From an uncultured virus (IMG/VR IMGVR_UViG_3300011215_000001) (taxonomy: Duplodnaviria > Heunggongvirae > Uroviricota > Caudoviricetes), in the IMG/VR virus record IMGVR_UViG_3300011215_000001: a stretch of 64,000 nucleotides of DNA. The stretch is one strand, 5' to 3'. Shown one piece after another: positions 35,931 to 45,671 of this stretch (within the stretch, counting starts at the first letter, position 1; every line of letters starts with the position of its first letter). The notes below the pieces were generated by a model. The model saw only the letters and a program-made list of their open reading frames with translations. It searched no databases and was not told the DNA's origin. Made by a program: the position numbers and the translations under genes.

Positions 35931-37247
35931 GTGAATAAAATCGATAAAAACTTTCCAATTCATTTCGAGAAAGTACACCAGAATGATACTAGATTTCAGA
36001 AAGTGAAAATCTGGCTTATGCATCTTGGAAGAAATAATAACAGAAGTGTTTTCAAGAAAGATGTTGTTATTAGAGCTTTGTATAGTTTAAGAAATACGCC
36101 AATCCTTGGATACATAGAAGATGGTCTTTTTGAAAATGACTTTAAAGGTCATGAGCATGAAGTTTCATACGTTAATGGTAATAGGAAAGAGAAATATATT
36201 GGTGAAGCCTTTGGGGTTATTCCAGAAGACTGTAATCCAAGATTTGAATTCAAAGAATCAGAAGATGGTTCAGTTTATGAATATTTGGTAGTTGATGGAA
36301 TTTTATGGACTAAGTTTGAGGATGCTATTGAGATTCTAGATAGAGATAATATCGTTGGACAATCAATGGAGTTGCATGATGAATTTGATGGTTATTTTGA
36401 CGATGAAGGATACTTTGTTTTTACAGATATTAAGTTCTATGGAGCATGTATGCTAGGGAAAAATTATCAACCTGCAATGAATCAAGCATCTGTAGAAAGA
36501 GTTTTCTCTGTAAATAAAGCTCAAATTGAAAAGACAATTTCAGAAAAGTTATCTGAATATTATAGTCTTTACACTAACAAGGGGGTGTCAGAAGTGGCAA
36601 ATGAAGTAGTTAATGAAGAGATTAATGAAGAAGTAAATGAAACTAGTACTAATTCTACACAAGAAGAAACTAGTGTAAATACGAATGAAGAAGTAGCTAA
36701 CAACTTTGAAGAAGATACTAATAACACTGATACAAAAGATGTTGAAGACCAAAATGAAGAAGAAAATACTGATGAGGTCAAAGAGGAAGCTAATGAAGAA
36801 GTTAATGAAGAAGTTGAAGAAACTGAAACGAACTTCCAATTACAAGTAGCTGAGTATCAATCAAATATCGAAAGCCTTCAATCACAACTTGAGACTACAA
36901 ATAGTAGTTTAGGAGAGATTACTAAGGAAAGAGATGAATTGTTAGAGTTTAAGAAAAATGTTCTTAAAGAAAATCATGAGAATATGGTTTCTGAATTATT
37001 AGTAGAGTTCTCCAAAAAACTTGAATCAGAAGACATTGAAGAAATCAGAAGTGTTCAACATGAATTTACATATGAAGAACTTGAAGTAAAACTTTATGAA
37101 AAGCTAGGTAGGAAAATGCTATCTTTCACAAAAAAAGAAAACACTCCTGCAACTAATTTCATGAAGATTAATATTGATGAAACTGCAAATCCAAATTCAT
37201 TGGAAGCAATTTACATGAAACATGGTTACTCACCAATAAATAATTAA
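35931..37247 (+). CDS. prohead protease fused to acidic scaffolding domain
   Basis: MHLGRNNNRS, GQSMEL, GACMLG..PAM; acidic coiled-coil C-half. Confidence 0.75.
   Translation: MNKIDKNFPIHFEKVHQNDTRFQKVKIWLMHLGRNNNRSVFKKDVVIRALYSLRNTPILGYIEDGLFENDFKGHEHEVSYVNGNRKEKYIGEAFGVIPEDCNPRFEFKESEDGSVYEYLVVDGILWTKFEDAIEILDRDNIVGQSMELHDEFDGYFDDEGYFVFTDIKFYGACMLGKNYQPAMNQASVERVFSVNKAQIEKTISEKLSEYYSLYTNKGVSEVANEVVNEEINEEVNETSTNSTQEETSVNTNEEVANNFEEDTNNTDTKDVEDQNEEENTDEVKEEANEEVNEEVEETETNFQLQVAEYQSNIESLQSQLETTNSSLGEITKERDELLEFKKNVLKENHENMVSELLVEFSKKLESEDIEEIRSVQHEFTYEELEVKLYEKLGRKMLSFTKKENTPATNFMKINIDETANPNSLEAIYMKHGYSPINN
36594..37247 (+). CDS. nested in-frame scaffolding protein
   Basis: internal AAGGGGGTG RBS plus in-frame GTG at 36594. 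Confidence 0.55.
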   Translation: MANEVVNEEINEEVNETSTNSTQEETSVNTNEEVANNFEEDTNNTDTKDVEDQNEEENTDEVKEEANEEVNEEVEETETNFQLQVAEYQSNIESLQSQLETTNSSLGEITKERDELLEFKKNVLKENHENMVSELLVEFSKKLESEDIEEIRSVQHEFTYEELEVKLYEKLGRKMLSFTKKENTPATNFMKINIDETANPNSLEAIYMKHGYSPINN

Positions 37248-37274
37248 ATCACAGTAATTTAGGAGGAAAAATAA

Positions 37275-37742
37275 ATGGCAGTAATTAGATTAGATAGTAT
37301 TAATTCACCACACTTAGTATCTTTCGTTGCACCAACAAAAATGACAAATGGTTTATTCGTTCAAGTTGGAGCTTTAGTAGAAGGTGAATCACAACTTAGA
37401 GAGGCAACAGCACCTGTAGATGTAACTGGAGATAATATTGTCTTACACGCTACTCCAGAGGTTGATGTTGACCCACGTAAAGCAGGTCTTAAACATTTTG
37501 CAGTAGAGCAAGGTGAAGAAGGTAGAGGTATCAGATTAGTAGAAGGTGATATTATCACTCTTACTGAGGACTTATTTGCAACTAAACCATCTAAGGGCGA
37601 TAAAGTTGAGCCTGTAAATGGTCAAATGAAATTAGACGTAGTATCTACTCCAAACGCAAAAATTAGATTTGATGTAATCGAAGAAACAACTTTAGGTTAT
37701 GACAATGATGTTGCTTTTGCACTTGAAGTAGTTAGAGCCTAA
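37275..37742 (+). CDS. putative head decoration protein
   Basis: 155 aa between scaffold and capsid genes, AGGAGG RBS. Confidence 0.65.
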   Translation: MAVIRLDSINSPHLVSFVAPTKMTNGLFVQVGALVEGESQLREATAPVDVTGDNIVLHATPEVDVDPRKAGLKHFAVEQGEEGRGIRLVEGDIITLTEDLFATKPSKGDKVEPVNGQMKLDVVSTPNAKIRFDVIEETTLGYDNDVAFALEVVRA

Positions 37743-37771
37743 TAGAAGGAAATGTATAGGAGGAAACAATA

Positions 37772-38752
37772 ATGCACGATATAGCGAAATTAGCAATTAA
37801 TGTATATAAAGGCACAGGCGTTGCAACAAAATTTTCAAGAGAAGATTCACTTGAGACATTAAGACAAGAGCTTATTCAAGCAAATGGTGGTTCTGAAAAG
37901 TTAACACCTAAATCATTCAGAAATAACCCAACTTTATTTACAATCATCGAGGAAGCACTTGATATTTTAGTAGAAGAAGGGTTAAAAGGTCAGTTTGACA
38001 TGTTCGTTGAAACTGTTGTTTTAGAACATGGAGATACTAAAGTATTTACAGTAAAAGAAAATCGTTTATTCAACGTTGCTGTAATCGCTGATGGTATTGG
38101 TGCTGATATTCGTAGAGATAGATTAGATACTGGTGAATTGACAGTCCGTACAAAAATTTACGGTGTAGCTGTATACGAAGAACTTTCAAGAGTATTAGCA
38201 GGTAGAGCAGATTTCACTGAGCTTGTTAATAACGTATCTAAATCTTACGAAGCTAAGATTCAAAACCAAATTTATGAGGCTATTTACGCTTCATACGATG
38301 CTTTAGGGGCTACATACGCTAAGTCTGGTACTTTTAGTGAGGCTGTTCTAGATGAGCTTATAGCACACGTAGAAGCTTCTACAGGCATGGAGGCAATGAT
38401 TCTTGGTACTAAATCAGCTTTATCAAAAATTCAGTACGCAAAAGAATCAAATAATTCAACAGATGCTCACAATCAATTTGGTTTCTATGGTAAATATCAT
38501 GGTACTGATATGATGGTTGTTAAACAAGCTCATAAACATGGTACACAAGAGTTTGCTATTGACAACAAATTCTTACTGGTAGTTCCTAAATCACCAGATA
38601 AGTTTGTTAAGTTAGTGCTTGAAGGCGATTCAATGATTATCGAAGGTCAACCAGAGAATCGTAAAGACTTACAAAACGAATACACTTTCATCAAGAAAGC
38701 AGGTATTACAGTATTGTCAAGTTCTAAGTATGGTATTTACCGACTAGCGTAA
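37772..38752 (+). CDS. major capsid protein
   Basis: 326 aa, AGGAGG RBS, followed by terminator; position in head module. Confidence 0.8.
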   Translation: MHDIAKLAINVYKGTGVATKFSREDSLETLRQELIQANGGSEKLTPKSFRNNPTLFTIIEEALDILVEEGLKGQFDMFVETVVLEHGDTKVFTVKENRLFNVAVIADGIGADIRRDRLDTGELTVRTKIYGVAVYEELSRVLAGRADFTELVNNVSKSYEAKIQNQIYEAIYASYDALGATYAKSGTFSEAVLDELIAHVEASTGMEAMILGTKSALSKIQYAKESNNSTDAHNQFGFYGKYHGTDMMVVKQAHKHGTQEFAIDNKFLLVVPKSPDKFVKLVLEGDSMIIEGQPENRKDLQNEYTFIKKAGITVLSSSKYGIYRLA

Positions 38753-38762
38753 CAAATACTCA

Positions 38763-38796
38763 ATAAAGTAGAGGTATTAAACCTCTGCTTTATTTT
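38763..38796 (+). terminator. intrinsic terminator
   Basis: TAAAGTAGAGG..CCTCTGCTTTA then TTTT. Confidence 0.75.
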
Positions 38797-38826
38797 AATT
38801 ATTGATGAGCAAAAGGAGAATGGAAA

Positions 38827-39567
38827 ATGAGTGAAAATAAAACTAAATCTCAACTTGTTGAGGAAATTCTGCAAATTAAAAAAATCGATACAAAACAGAA
38901 TTTAATGAAAAATAACTTAAAGTATTTGGAAGACACATTAGAAAAACTAAAATCTCAAAATGAAGAAGTAGCAATTGAAGATACTAAAGAAGAAAATGAT
39001 ATTGAAGCTATTAAAGCACAATTGCTTGAGCAGTTAAGAAAAGAAGAAACTGAAAGAATCAAAGCAGAACTTCAAGCTGAAATGAAAGAAAATATTGCTG
39101 AAACAAAAACTATACGCCCTCAGATTGATAGATATAGACATGTCCCTGTTATGAATGTAACAAATGGAACATTAGTGTACGTTTCTAGAAATGGTGCAGA
39201 GTGGGTATGGGAAGGTTATGGGGCAGTTGAAGATATTGAATATCATGAGCTTCAAACAATGAAATCATCTCAAAGACGATTTATTGATGAACCATTTATC
39301 ATCATTCTTGACGAAGAAGTAGTTTCTGCAATGGGACTCGAAAGACAGTATGAAAAGCTTGATAGAGAACAACTTCAATCTTTAGATGTGATTTTTAAAT
39401 TACGTCAAGAAGAATTCGAAAAAACGCTCAAATCTTTACCTAAAGGTATTCAACACTCTGTAATTACGAGAGCAAATTATTTATATGGTATTGGAAAATT
39501 AGAGTCTTTAGCAAAAATTAGATTCATTAATGAAGAATTTGGTACTGATATTGGCTTTAGGGGGTAA
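38827..39567 (+). CDS. head-module hypothetical protein
   Basis: 246 aa, AAAGGAG RBS. Confidence 0.75.
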   Translation: MSENKTKSQLVEEILQIKKIDTKQNLMKNNLKYLEDTLEKLKSQNEEVAIEDTKEENDIEAIKAQLLEQLRKEETERIKAELQAEMKENIAETKTIRPQIDRYRHVPVMNVTNGTLVYVSRNGAEWVWEGYGAVEDIEYHELQTMKSSQRRFIDEPFIIILDEEVVSAMGLERQYEKLDREQLQSLDVIFKLRQEEFEKTLKSLPKGIQHSVITRANYLYGIGKLESLAKIRFINEEFGTDIGFRG

Positions 39568-39572
39568 GACAT

Positions 39573-39986
39573 ATGACAACACCCTTGACAAAAATTTATG
39601 ATGTTTTTCTGTCTAAAGTGTCAGATTATAAATTTATTAATTTAAATGAAGAAGGAATGCTAGAGGATTACTTGCTTAAGTATCTTAAGTCAGCAATAGT
39701 CAGATTTCCAAATAGCGAAAAGCCATTAAATTATGATGAGAAAAATCAAATCATGATTGAAACATTGGATGATTTTGAAATCGAAATTCTAGCAACACTT
39801 ATGACTTTAAATTATATAACAAGCAAACAACTTCATGTGAAAAATATGGAGTTAACAATGTCAGATAGGGACTATAAGCTTTACTCAGAAGAAAAACACT
39901 TGCAACAGTTAACTAATGTAAAGAAAAGTATTCATGCAGAAGCTTCTCAATTAATGACATCATACTCTTTAAGAAATGGGTTGTGA
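39573..39986 (+). CDS. putative head-tail adaptor
   Basis: 137 aa, MTTPLTKIYDVFLSKVSDY; synteny. Confidence 0.6.
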   Translation: MTTPLTKIYDVFLSKVSDYKFINLNEEGMLEDYLLKYLKSAIVRFPNSEKPLNYDEKNQIMIETLDDFEIEILATLMTLNYITSKQLHVKNMELTMSDRDYKLYSEEKHLQQLTNVKKSIHAEASQLMTSYSLRNGL

Positions 39987-40276
39987 TGAAAATGGAACAG
40001 CATGTAATAAAGTATTTGGAAAGATTAGTTAAAAAAGTTTGGAAGATACTACCTATGCAAGAAGAAGGCTGTAGTACGCTTGACTTGTATATATCCTCAC
40101 TCTCAAGAGAGATTATGGGAAGTAGTATTTTGTTTTTTTCAGAAGAAATGATAGCAGTAGCTTCTACTTTAAATGGAATGGACATTCAAAACCACAAGTC
40201 CCTCAAGAGTGATGTCTTTAAAGCAACAAGAATTTTAGATAGCACAAAAAAGAGGGTGAAGAAAGAATGGACTTAA
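39983..40276 (+). CDS. hypothetical protein
   Basis: 97 aa overlapping neighbours. Confidence 0.7.
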   Translation: MMKMEQHVIKYLERLVKKVWKILPMQEEGCSTLDLYISSLSREIMGSSILFFSEEMIAVASTLNGMDIQNHKSLKSDVFKATRILDSTKKRVKKEWT

Positions 40277-40932
40277 ACCTTTATAAAAAATCACTTGGCT
40301 TTAGTAATATGAAAGAGGGTTTTGAAAATGAGGCTGAGATGCAAGTCAATGATAGCTTCAATCATTCACCTTCATTCAAAAAAGTAATAGTAAATAATAT
40401 AGAAATTGATTCTATAGTTAACCAAGGGTTAAAAGATAATGAGATGAAAATATTATTAAGACCTAAAAATTATTTAAATAAGGGTGAATATGTTACTTTC
40501 GATGGTGACACATATATCGTTAGAACTTTTAAAAATAATCCAATCTATCCAAAAGGGACTTTGAAACTTTGCAATAATGTTGTTAAGTGGAGGAATGAAG
40601 ATGGCTCTATTTTTGAATATAGATGTGTTGTAGAAGGTGAGACATATGAGCAAGAAAAAAAGGTTAGGTTAGTTAGGAATATTACAAGCTCAGAGTCAGA
40701 AGTAGTAATTACAGTACAATATAATGAATATACGAAAAAGATTAAACCACAGCAAAGATTTGTATTTGGAGAACATTCTTATGAAGTAAGTTCGATTGAT
40801 ACTATCTCAAATGTATACAATGAAGTAGGTTTTATGACCTTGACACTAAAATATGTAAACAAATTAGATAGTGATGATTTTGAAAACCAAATTGCAGACC
40901 AAAGTGGACAATCTGGTTGGGGTGAATGGTAA
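40267..40932 (+). CDS. putative head closure/neck protein
   Basis: 221 aa, beta-rich; synteny. Confidence 0.55.
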   Translation: MDLNLYKKSLGFSNMKEGFENEAEMQVNDSFNHSPSFKKVIVNNIEIDSIVNQGLKDNEMKILLRPKNYLNKGEYVTFDGDTYIVRTFKNNPIYPKGTLKLCNNVVKWRNEDGSIFEYRCVVEGETYEQEKKVRLVRNITSSESEVVITVQYNEYTKKIKPQQRFVFGEHSYEVSSIDTISNVYNEVGFMTLTLKYVNKLDSDDFENQIADQSGQSGWGEW

Positions 40933-41417
40933 TGGAGTTAAATAGATTGTCTTCCAACTTAATTTCTATTATTGATGAGCTATTAAGAAATCAAGAATTA
41001 GTGAATTTAGTTGCGAACATTGGGAATAATCCCCTTCAAACAAATGTAAATCCAAATTCTATTGCACCTAGAGCAAAAAATGAAAGAGTAATTCCATATC
41101 CATTTGATGTTGAATTTAAATCTGATGTCAGAAGTCAAGTTCATATATATTATCCATTTGTCACTATGGATAATAATGCAAATGTGGGTAAGGTTGGTCT
41201 AGTATTCGATATTGTTGTACATAAAGATATTTGGCTATATTCAGAAAATGGGAAGAAACTTGTTAGACCATATGAGATTATATCACAAATATTTAAAACC
41301 TTTAACAAAAGGGATATACCAAACTTAGGTAAAATTCACTTTTTAGATATGGTTCATATAGTAGTAAATGAAAATTTCGAAGGTATTAGATTAACTGCTA
41401 GATTCACAGAATTTTAG
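40926..41417 (+). CDS. putative tail completion protein
   Basis: 163 aa; FDIVVHKDIW..RPYEI; synteny. Confidence 0.55.
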   Translation: MVMELNRLSSNLISIIDELLRNQELVNLVANIGNNPLQTNVNPNSIAPRAKNERVIPYPFDVEFKSDVRSQVHIYYPFVTMDNNANVGKVGLVFDIVVHKDIWLYSENGKKLVRPYEIISQIFKTFNKRDIPNLGKIHFLDMVHIVVNENFEGIRLTARFTEF

Positions 41418-41425
41418 GTGATAGT

Positions 41426-42190
41426 ATGGAACTTTTAGATATAAAGTTGAAGCTACAAGCAGGAATGGCAATAAAACCAAATGGCTACGATATTGCAATA
41501 GTGCCTCTTACATTAAGAGAAATTATAGAATATGGATACACAAGTTATTTAGAAAATCTAAATATAATCAGTCTAGAGACTGGTGATTTTTTTAATTTGC
41601 TAGGATTAGAGTTTGATTTTAAAGATGCACTCAATGTTCTGGATTTCATGCTTACAATGGGTGATGAAGATGTAGAAGACCAATTGATTAAAGCTTTTGA
41701 GTTATTTTTGAGAGCAGATGTAAAAATTGACCGAGAGAATTTAATGTTGGTGGTTCGATACGATGATTTAGAAGGTAAGTATTTAATTAACAGAGATAAT
41801 TATTATGATATTGTCGAAGTTATAAAATATCAAAATTACATATATGATTCAGAAGGTGGGGGCTCTTTTAACCCTGCTGATGAAGAAGCAAGAAAGTTTC
41901 AAGAGCAAATGGATGCATTAAGAAATCAAGTGTCAGACATAAAGAAAAAACAGGATGGAGATGAGGACGATGGTATTGAAATATACGAAATTATTTCAGC
42001 TATATCCTCACAATCAAATAGTACTGATGAATTAAGTGTCTACTCACTGACAATCTATCAAATGTATACAAAATTCAAACGCTTAGAAATGATTGACCAA
42101 TATTATTTAGGTATTAAATCAATGATGGCAGGAGCTAAAGATGTAAAAATCAAGCACTGGGCTAGCAAATTCAGTAAGAAACAGAGCTAA
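41426..42190 (+). CDS. tail-module hypothetical protein
   Basis: 254 aa; LTIYQMYTKFKRL...MMAGAKDVKIKHW. Confidence 0.7.
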   Translation: MELLDIKLKLQAGMAIKPNGYDIAIVPLTLREIIEYGYTSYLENLNIISLETGDFFNLLGLEFDFKDALNVLDFMLTMGDEDVEDQLIKAFELFLRADVKIDRENLMLVVRYDDLEGKYLINRDNYYDIVEVIKYQNYIYDSEGGGSFNPADEEARKFQEQMDALRNQVSDIKKKQDGDEDDGIEIYEIISAISSQSNSTDELSVYSLTIYQMYTKFKRLEMIDQYYLGIKSMMAGAKDVKIKHWASKFSKKQS

Positions 42191-42235
42191 TGCTCAATAA
42201 AATATTAATGAAGAATTAAGGAGAGTGTTTAAAAT

Positions 42236-42991
42236 ATGGCAAGATTTGGTGTAAAAGAGGTTGCAAACGTAACTCTATACAATCTAGAAACTGGTAAGCC
42301 AGAATTGTTCTTAGATACATTAAAGTTATCTAACTTAGAAAACTCCGCTGAGAGTGTCAGTGCAAATGGTGGTTCTGGTTCACCAAAATTAGTATCATGG
42401 GATTTCAATAGAACAGCTACATTTAATGTACAGGATGCTCTATTAAATCCTAAAGCTCTATCTATGCAAGCAGGTACTGAATTAGTTAGAGGTGAAGAAA
42501 TTATTCATGAAAGAGAAGTTAAGTATATTAGTAATACATCTACTGCTGTAGAACTTAGCTTTACTCCAGAAACTGTAGGTAACATTACTGTATATGTTAC
42601 TAAAGATGGTTATGCTCATGATTCTGAACTTAAAGAAGGTACTGATTTCAGTGTAGTAGGTAAAGACCTTACAGTATCAAAAGCTTTAGGCACAGGTGAA
42701 AAAGTAATTGTTTACTACACTCATAAAGTTGTAACTGCTGAAACAATTACAATCAAGTCTGATAAATTTGGTGGATACTATAAAGTTGTTGGTGATACTT
42801 TATGGAGAAATGAAGCTACTGGTAAAGATGAGAAAGTACAACTTGTTATTGACAAGGCAAAAGTATCATCTGCATTCACTTTAACGATGCAACCTGACGG
42901 TGAGCCATCTGTGTTCGACTTCAACTTGGAAGTTTTCAAGAGTCCTAGCAGTACGGATATGGTAAAAATGATTCGCTACAACGTAGCTTAA
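42236..42991 (+). CDS. major tail tube protein
   Basis: MARFGVKEVANV, WDFNRTATFNVQDAL, FTLTMQPDGEPSVFDF; terminator follows. Confidence 0.75.
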   Translation: MARFGVKEVANVTLYNLETGKPELFLDTLKLSNLENSAESVSANGGSGSPKLVSWDFNRTATFNVQDALLNPKALSMQAGTELVRGEEIIHEREVKYISNTSTAVELSFTPETVGNITVYVTKDGYAHDSELKEGTDFSVVGKDLTVSKALGTGEKVIVYYTHKVVTAETITIKSDKFGGYYKVVGDTLWRNEATGKDEKVQLVIDKAKVSSAFTLTMQPDGEPSVFDFNLEVFKSPSSTDMVKMIRYNVA

Positions 42992-43030
42992 TCCAAAAGC
43001 TGAAAATATCTGTTTAGATAAGACTTTTAG

Positions 43031-43080
43031 TGGTGAGAGAGATTGTTTTAATACAATTTTCTTTCACCATTTTTTTTTGA
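43031..43080 (+). terminator. intrinsic terminator
   Basis: TGGTGAGAGAGATTG..CAATTTTCTTTCACCA then T-run. Confidence 0.7.
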
Positions 43081-43120
43081 ATTTTTTAAATGAAATACAG
43101 GTTTCATTGAGAATAAGGAG

Positions 43121-43630
43121 TTGGATAAATTGGAGCAAAAGATTGAACAATTAAGCTTTGAGTCAATTAAGGAAGCAAGTAAGAAATATGAGAACATCAA
43201 TGAAGTTATCATTAAGTTAGAAATTAATGGAGAAGTAACGCCATTTAAAGTAGAAATGTATAGACACTTTAGCCCTGTTGCTATTAGAGCATTTTTAGCT
43301 GAATTAGTGACAAAGATGGATAGAATGCGTCTTCGAAACAAGCAATTTATTGATAGTTTTTTAACGCCTTACATTATGTTTTTAAGCATAAAACACTTCA
43401 CTACATTAAAGCTACCAGATAATTATGATGAGCAAATATTTGCAATTAGAAATATGTTAAATACAGGAGCTTTAATTGCTATCTATGGAGAATTTGAGCC
43501 TACAGAAATTGAAGGTTTAATGAGAGAAATTGAATTAATTTTAGAGACATTTAAAACTAATGAGAAAGAATTAGATAACTTTAAAGCTAGCATGAAGGAT
43601 AAATTAAATAATCCAGATTTATTGAATTAA
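43121..43630 (+). CDS. putative tail assembly chaperone
   Basis: 169 aa after the tube gene. Confidence 0.5.
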   Translation: MDKLEQKIEQLSFESIKEASKKYENINEVIIKLEINGEVTPFKVEMYRHFSPVAIRAFLAELVTKMDRMRLRNKQFIDSFLTPYIMFLSIKHFTTLKLPDNYDEQIFAIRNMLNTGALIAIYGEFEPTEIEGLMREIELILETFKTNEKELDNFKASMKDKLNNPDLLN

Positions 43631-43645
43631 TAAGGGGAATGCACT

Positions 43646-44155
43646 ATGGACACTAAGAAAGCACGAAATAGTGATGCTTTAAAGAAAATGGTTGAAGCCA
43701 AAATAAGCAAGGCTATGAAAGAGAAAGTATTCCCAGAAGTACAGCAAAAGATGTCTGATAATGTTCAAGAAAAAGTCTATGATGTTTACGCACCTATATT
43801 CTACGAAAGAAGAGCAGGTAGTGGTGGATTAAAAGACAAGAATAATATAGTACATAATATTGCGGTAAGTGAAAGTAGAGTAATTATGTCTGTAAGTAAC
43901 ATAACTAAAGGGAGTAATGGTGGAGCATGGATTGTCCCATTAATTGAAGGAGGGGCAATGGCAGGTTCTAGCTATGGAGCTTTTCACGACAAACTCATAA
44001 GACGAGAGGTTATGGAAATGTATCAACCACCTCATCTTAAGAGTAGTTTTATTCCATATTATGAACCAAGACCATTCATAAAACCTACAAAAGAGTTTTT
44101 CAAAACCAATAAAAGTGTTCTAGTGAACTCCCTAAAGAAAGAATTTAGAGGGTGA
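43646..44155 (+). CDS. putative HK97 gp10-like tail component
   Basis: 169 aa; VYDVYAP..YERR, EPRPFIKPT. Confidence 0.55.
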   Translation: MDTKKARNSDALKKMVEAKISKAMKEKVFPEVQQKMSDNVQEKVYDVYAPIFYERRAGSGGLKDKNNIVHNIAVSESRVIMSVSNITKGSNGGAWIVPLIEGGAMAGSSYGAFHDKLIRREVMEMYQPPHLKSSFIPYYEPRPFIKPTKEFFKTNKSVLVNSLKKEFRG

Positions 44156-44159
44156 TAAT

Positions 44160-45158
44160 ATGGCAAGGAAATACACTAGATATGTTACAAAAAGTAAGCT
44201 TGACAAAGTTTGTGAAGAGAATAAAAGACATGTCCAAAAGTACTTTAATTTTAAAAACATGAATCTATCAGATTCTACAAAAGTAGGATATGCTTCTGAT
44301 TTTAACCAATGGTTGGTTTTTATAAATGAAAAACATGAAAGTGGTTCTATTGATGAAGAAGATATATTGAAGATGCTAAAGGATGAAGATGGCATTGAAG
44401 ATATGGTTGATTTAATAGAAGATTTTGTTGCCTTTTGTGTTACAGCATTAGGGAATAATGAAAGACGAATTCAAAGAAGAATGTCCTCGATAAGCTCATT
44501 CTTTTTATATTTGTTAAAAAAGAGAAGAATCAAATCTAATCCACTTGACTATTTAGAAAGACCATCTGTTAAAGCAGGAGAAAAAACACAGGTTCTTCAA
44601 ACATTCTTGACAGAAGAACAAGTATCTAAGATTAGAAAAGAATTAGGAAAATTAAATAACACTCAGTTGGAGTTATATTTTGAGTTGTCGTTGTCAACGA
44701 TGGCTAGGGTAAATGCTGTTTCAAATATTAAGATTGACCAAATTGATTTTGATAAAAGAAGAATCAATAGAGTTATGGAGAAAGAGGGGAAAGAAGTAAC
44801 CCTTTACTTCTCAAAAAGAACAGGTTCATTAATTAAGGAATGGCTTAAAGAAAGAAAAGAAAAAGGTATTGAGTGTGAAAGTTTATTTGTCACTAAATAC
44901 AACAAGGAATGGAAGCAAGTAGTAAAAAATACTATACAAACTTCTTGGATTAAAAAGATTGGAGCAATTGTAGAAGTTCCAGACTTACATCCTCACGATT
45001 TAAGACATAGTGGTTCAAATCTCTTGTATCAAAAAGGGATGAAATTAGAAGATGTTTCTAAACTGTTAAATCACTCTGGTACTGATGTAACTCAAAAACA
45101 TTATCTTCAAGAGAACCACGATAAATTACAAGAAGAAAAAGATGCTTTCGAAATATAG
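44160..45158 (+). CDS. tyrosine recombinase within tail module
   Basis: MARVNAV (R), EKEGK (K), HPHDLRHS, LNHSGTDVTQKHY; full catalytic set. Confidence 0.9.
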   Translation: MARKYTRYVTKSKLDKVCEENKRHVQKYFNFKNMNLSDSTKVGYASDFNQWLVFINEKHESGSIDEEDILKMLKDEDGIEDMVDLIEDFVAFCVTALGNNERRIQRRMSSISSFFLYLLKKRRIKSNPLDYLERPSVKAGEKTQVLQTFLTEEQVSKIRKELGKLNNTQLELYFELSLSTMARVNAVSNIKIDQIDFDKRRINRVMEKEGKEVTLYFSKRTGSLIKEWLKERKEKGIECESLFVTKYNKEWKQVVKNTIQTSWIKKIGAIVEVPDLHPHDLRHSGSNLLYQKGMKLEDVSKLLNHSGTDVTQKHYLQENHDKLQEEKDAFEI

Positions 45159-45181
45159 GCGAATAAAAAGGAGATTTTTAT

Positions 45182-45607
45182 ATGTACATAAAAAATGGAG
45201 AGATTAATAAATTTACTGATTTTTTACTGGAGCTTGAGCTGAGTGGCAAGGACTCAAGAATGAGAACAAGACTTTGTAAATTACTGATGGAAAGAGCATC
45301 ACAAATTTCAGAAGAACATATGGCTTTACTAGAGGAATTCGGAAAGAAAAACGAAGATGGAACTTTAGTTTCTGCTTTAGATGAAGAAAGTGGAAAACGA
45401 GTATTTGACCTAGAAGATGGTCAAGCTTTCCAAAGGGAGTACTACTTGTTAATGTCAGAGGATTTTTGTATTAAGAATGATGAAACAACAAGAGAGATGC
45501 TAGAGTCAGTATCTCAACAAATTTTAACATGTGATAAGACTTTTAAAGGTGAACAAGCATTGGAATACGATAGATGGTGTGAAATTGCTGAGTCAATCTC
45601 ATGCTAG
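45182..45607 (+). CDS. hypothetical protein
   Basis: 141 aa, AAAGGAG RBS; terminator GGGAGTG..CACTCCC follows. Confidence 0.75.
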   Translation: MYIKNGEINKFTDFLLELELSGKDSRMRTRLCKLLMERASQISEEHMALLEEFGKKNEDGTLVSALDEESGKRVFDLEDGQAFQREYYLLMSEDFCIKNDETTREMLESVSQQILTCDKTFKGEQALEYDRWCEIAESISC

Positions 45608-45671
45608 TGTAACTGGGGAGTGTATATAAACACTCCCTTTTAATGTTTAAATAAGGGAGTGTTTATATATA

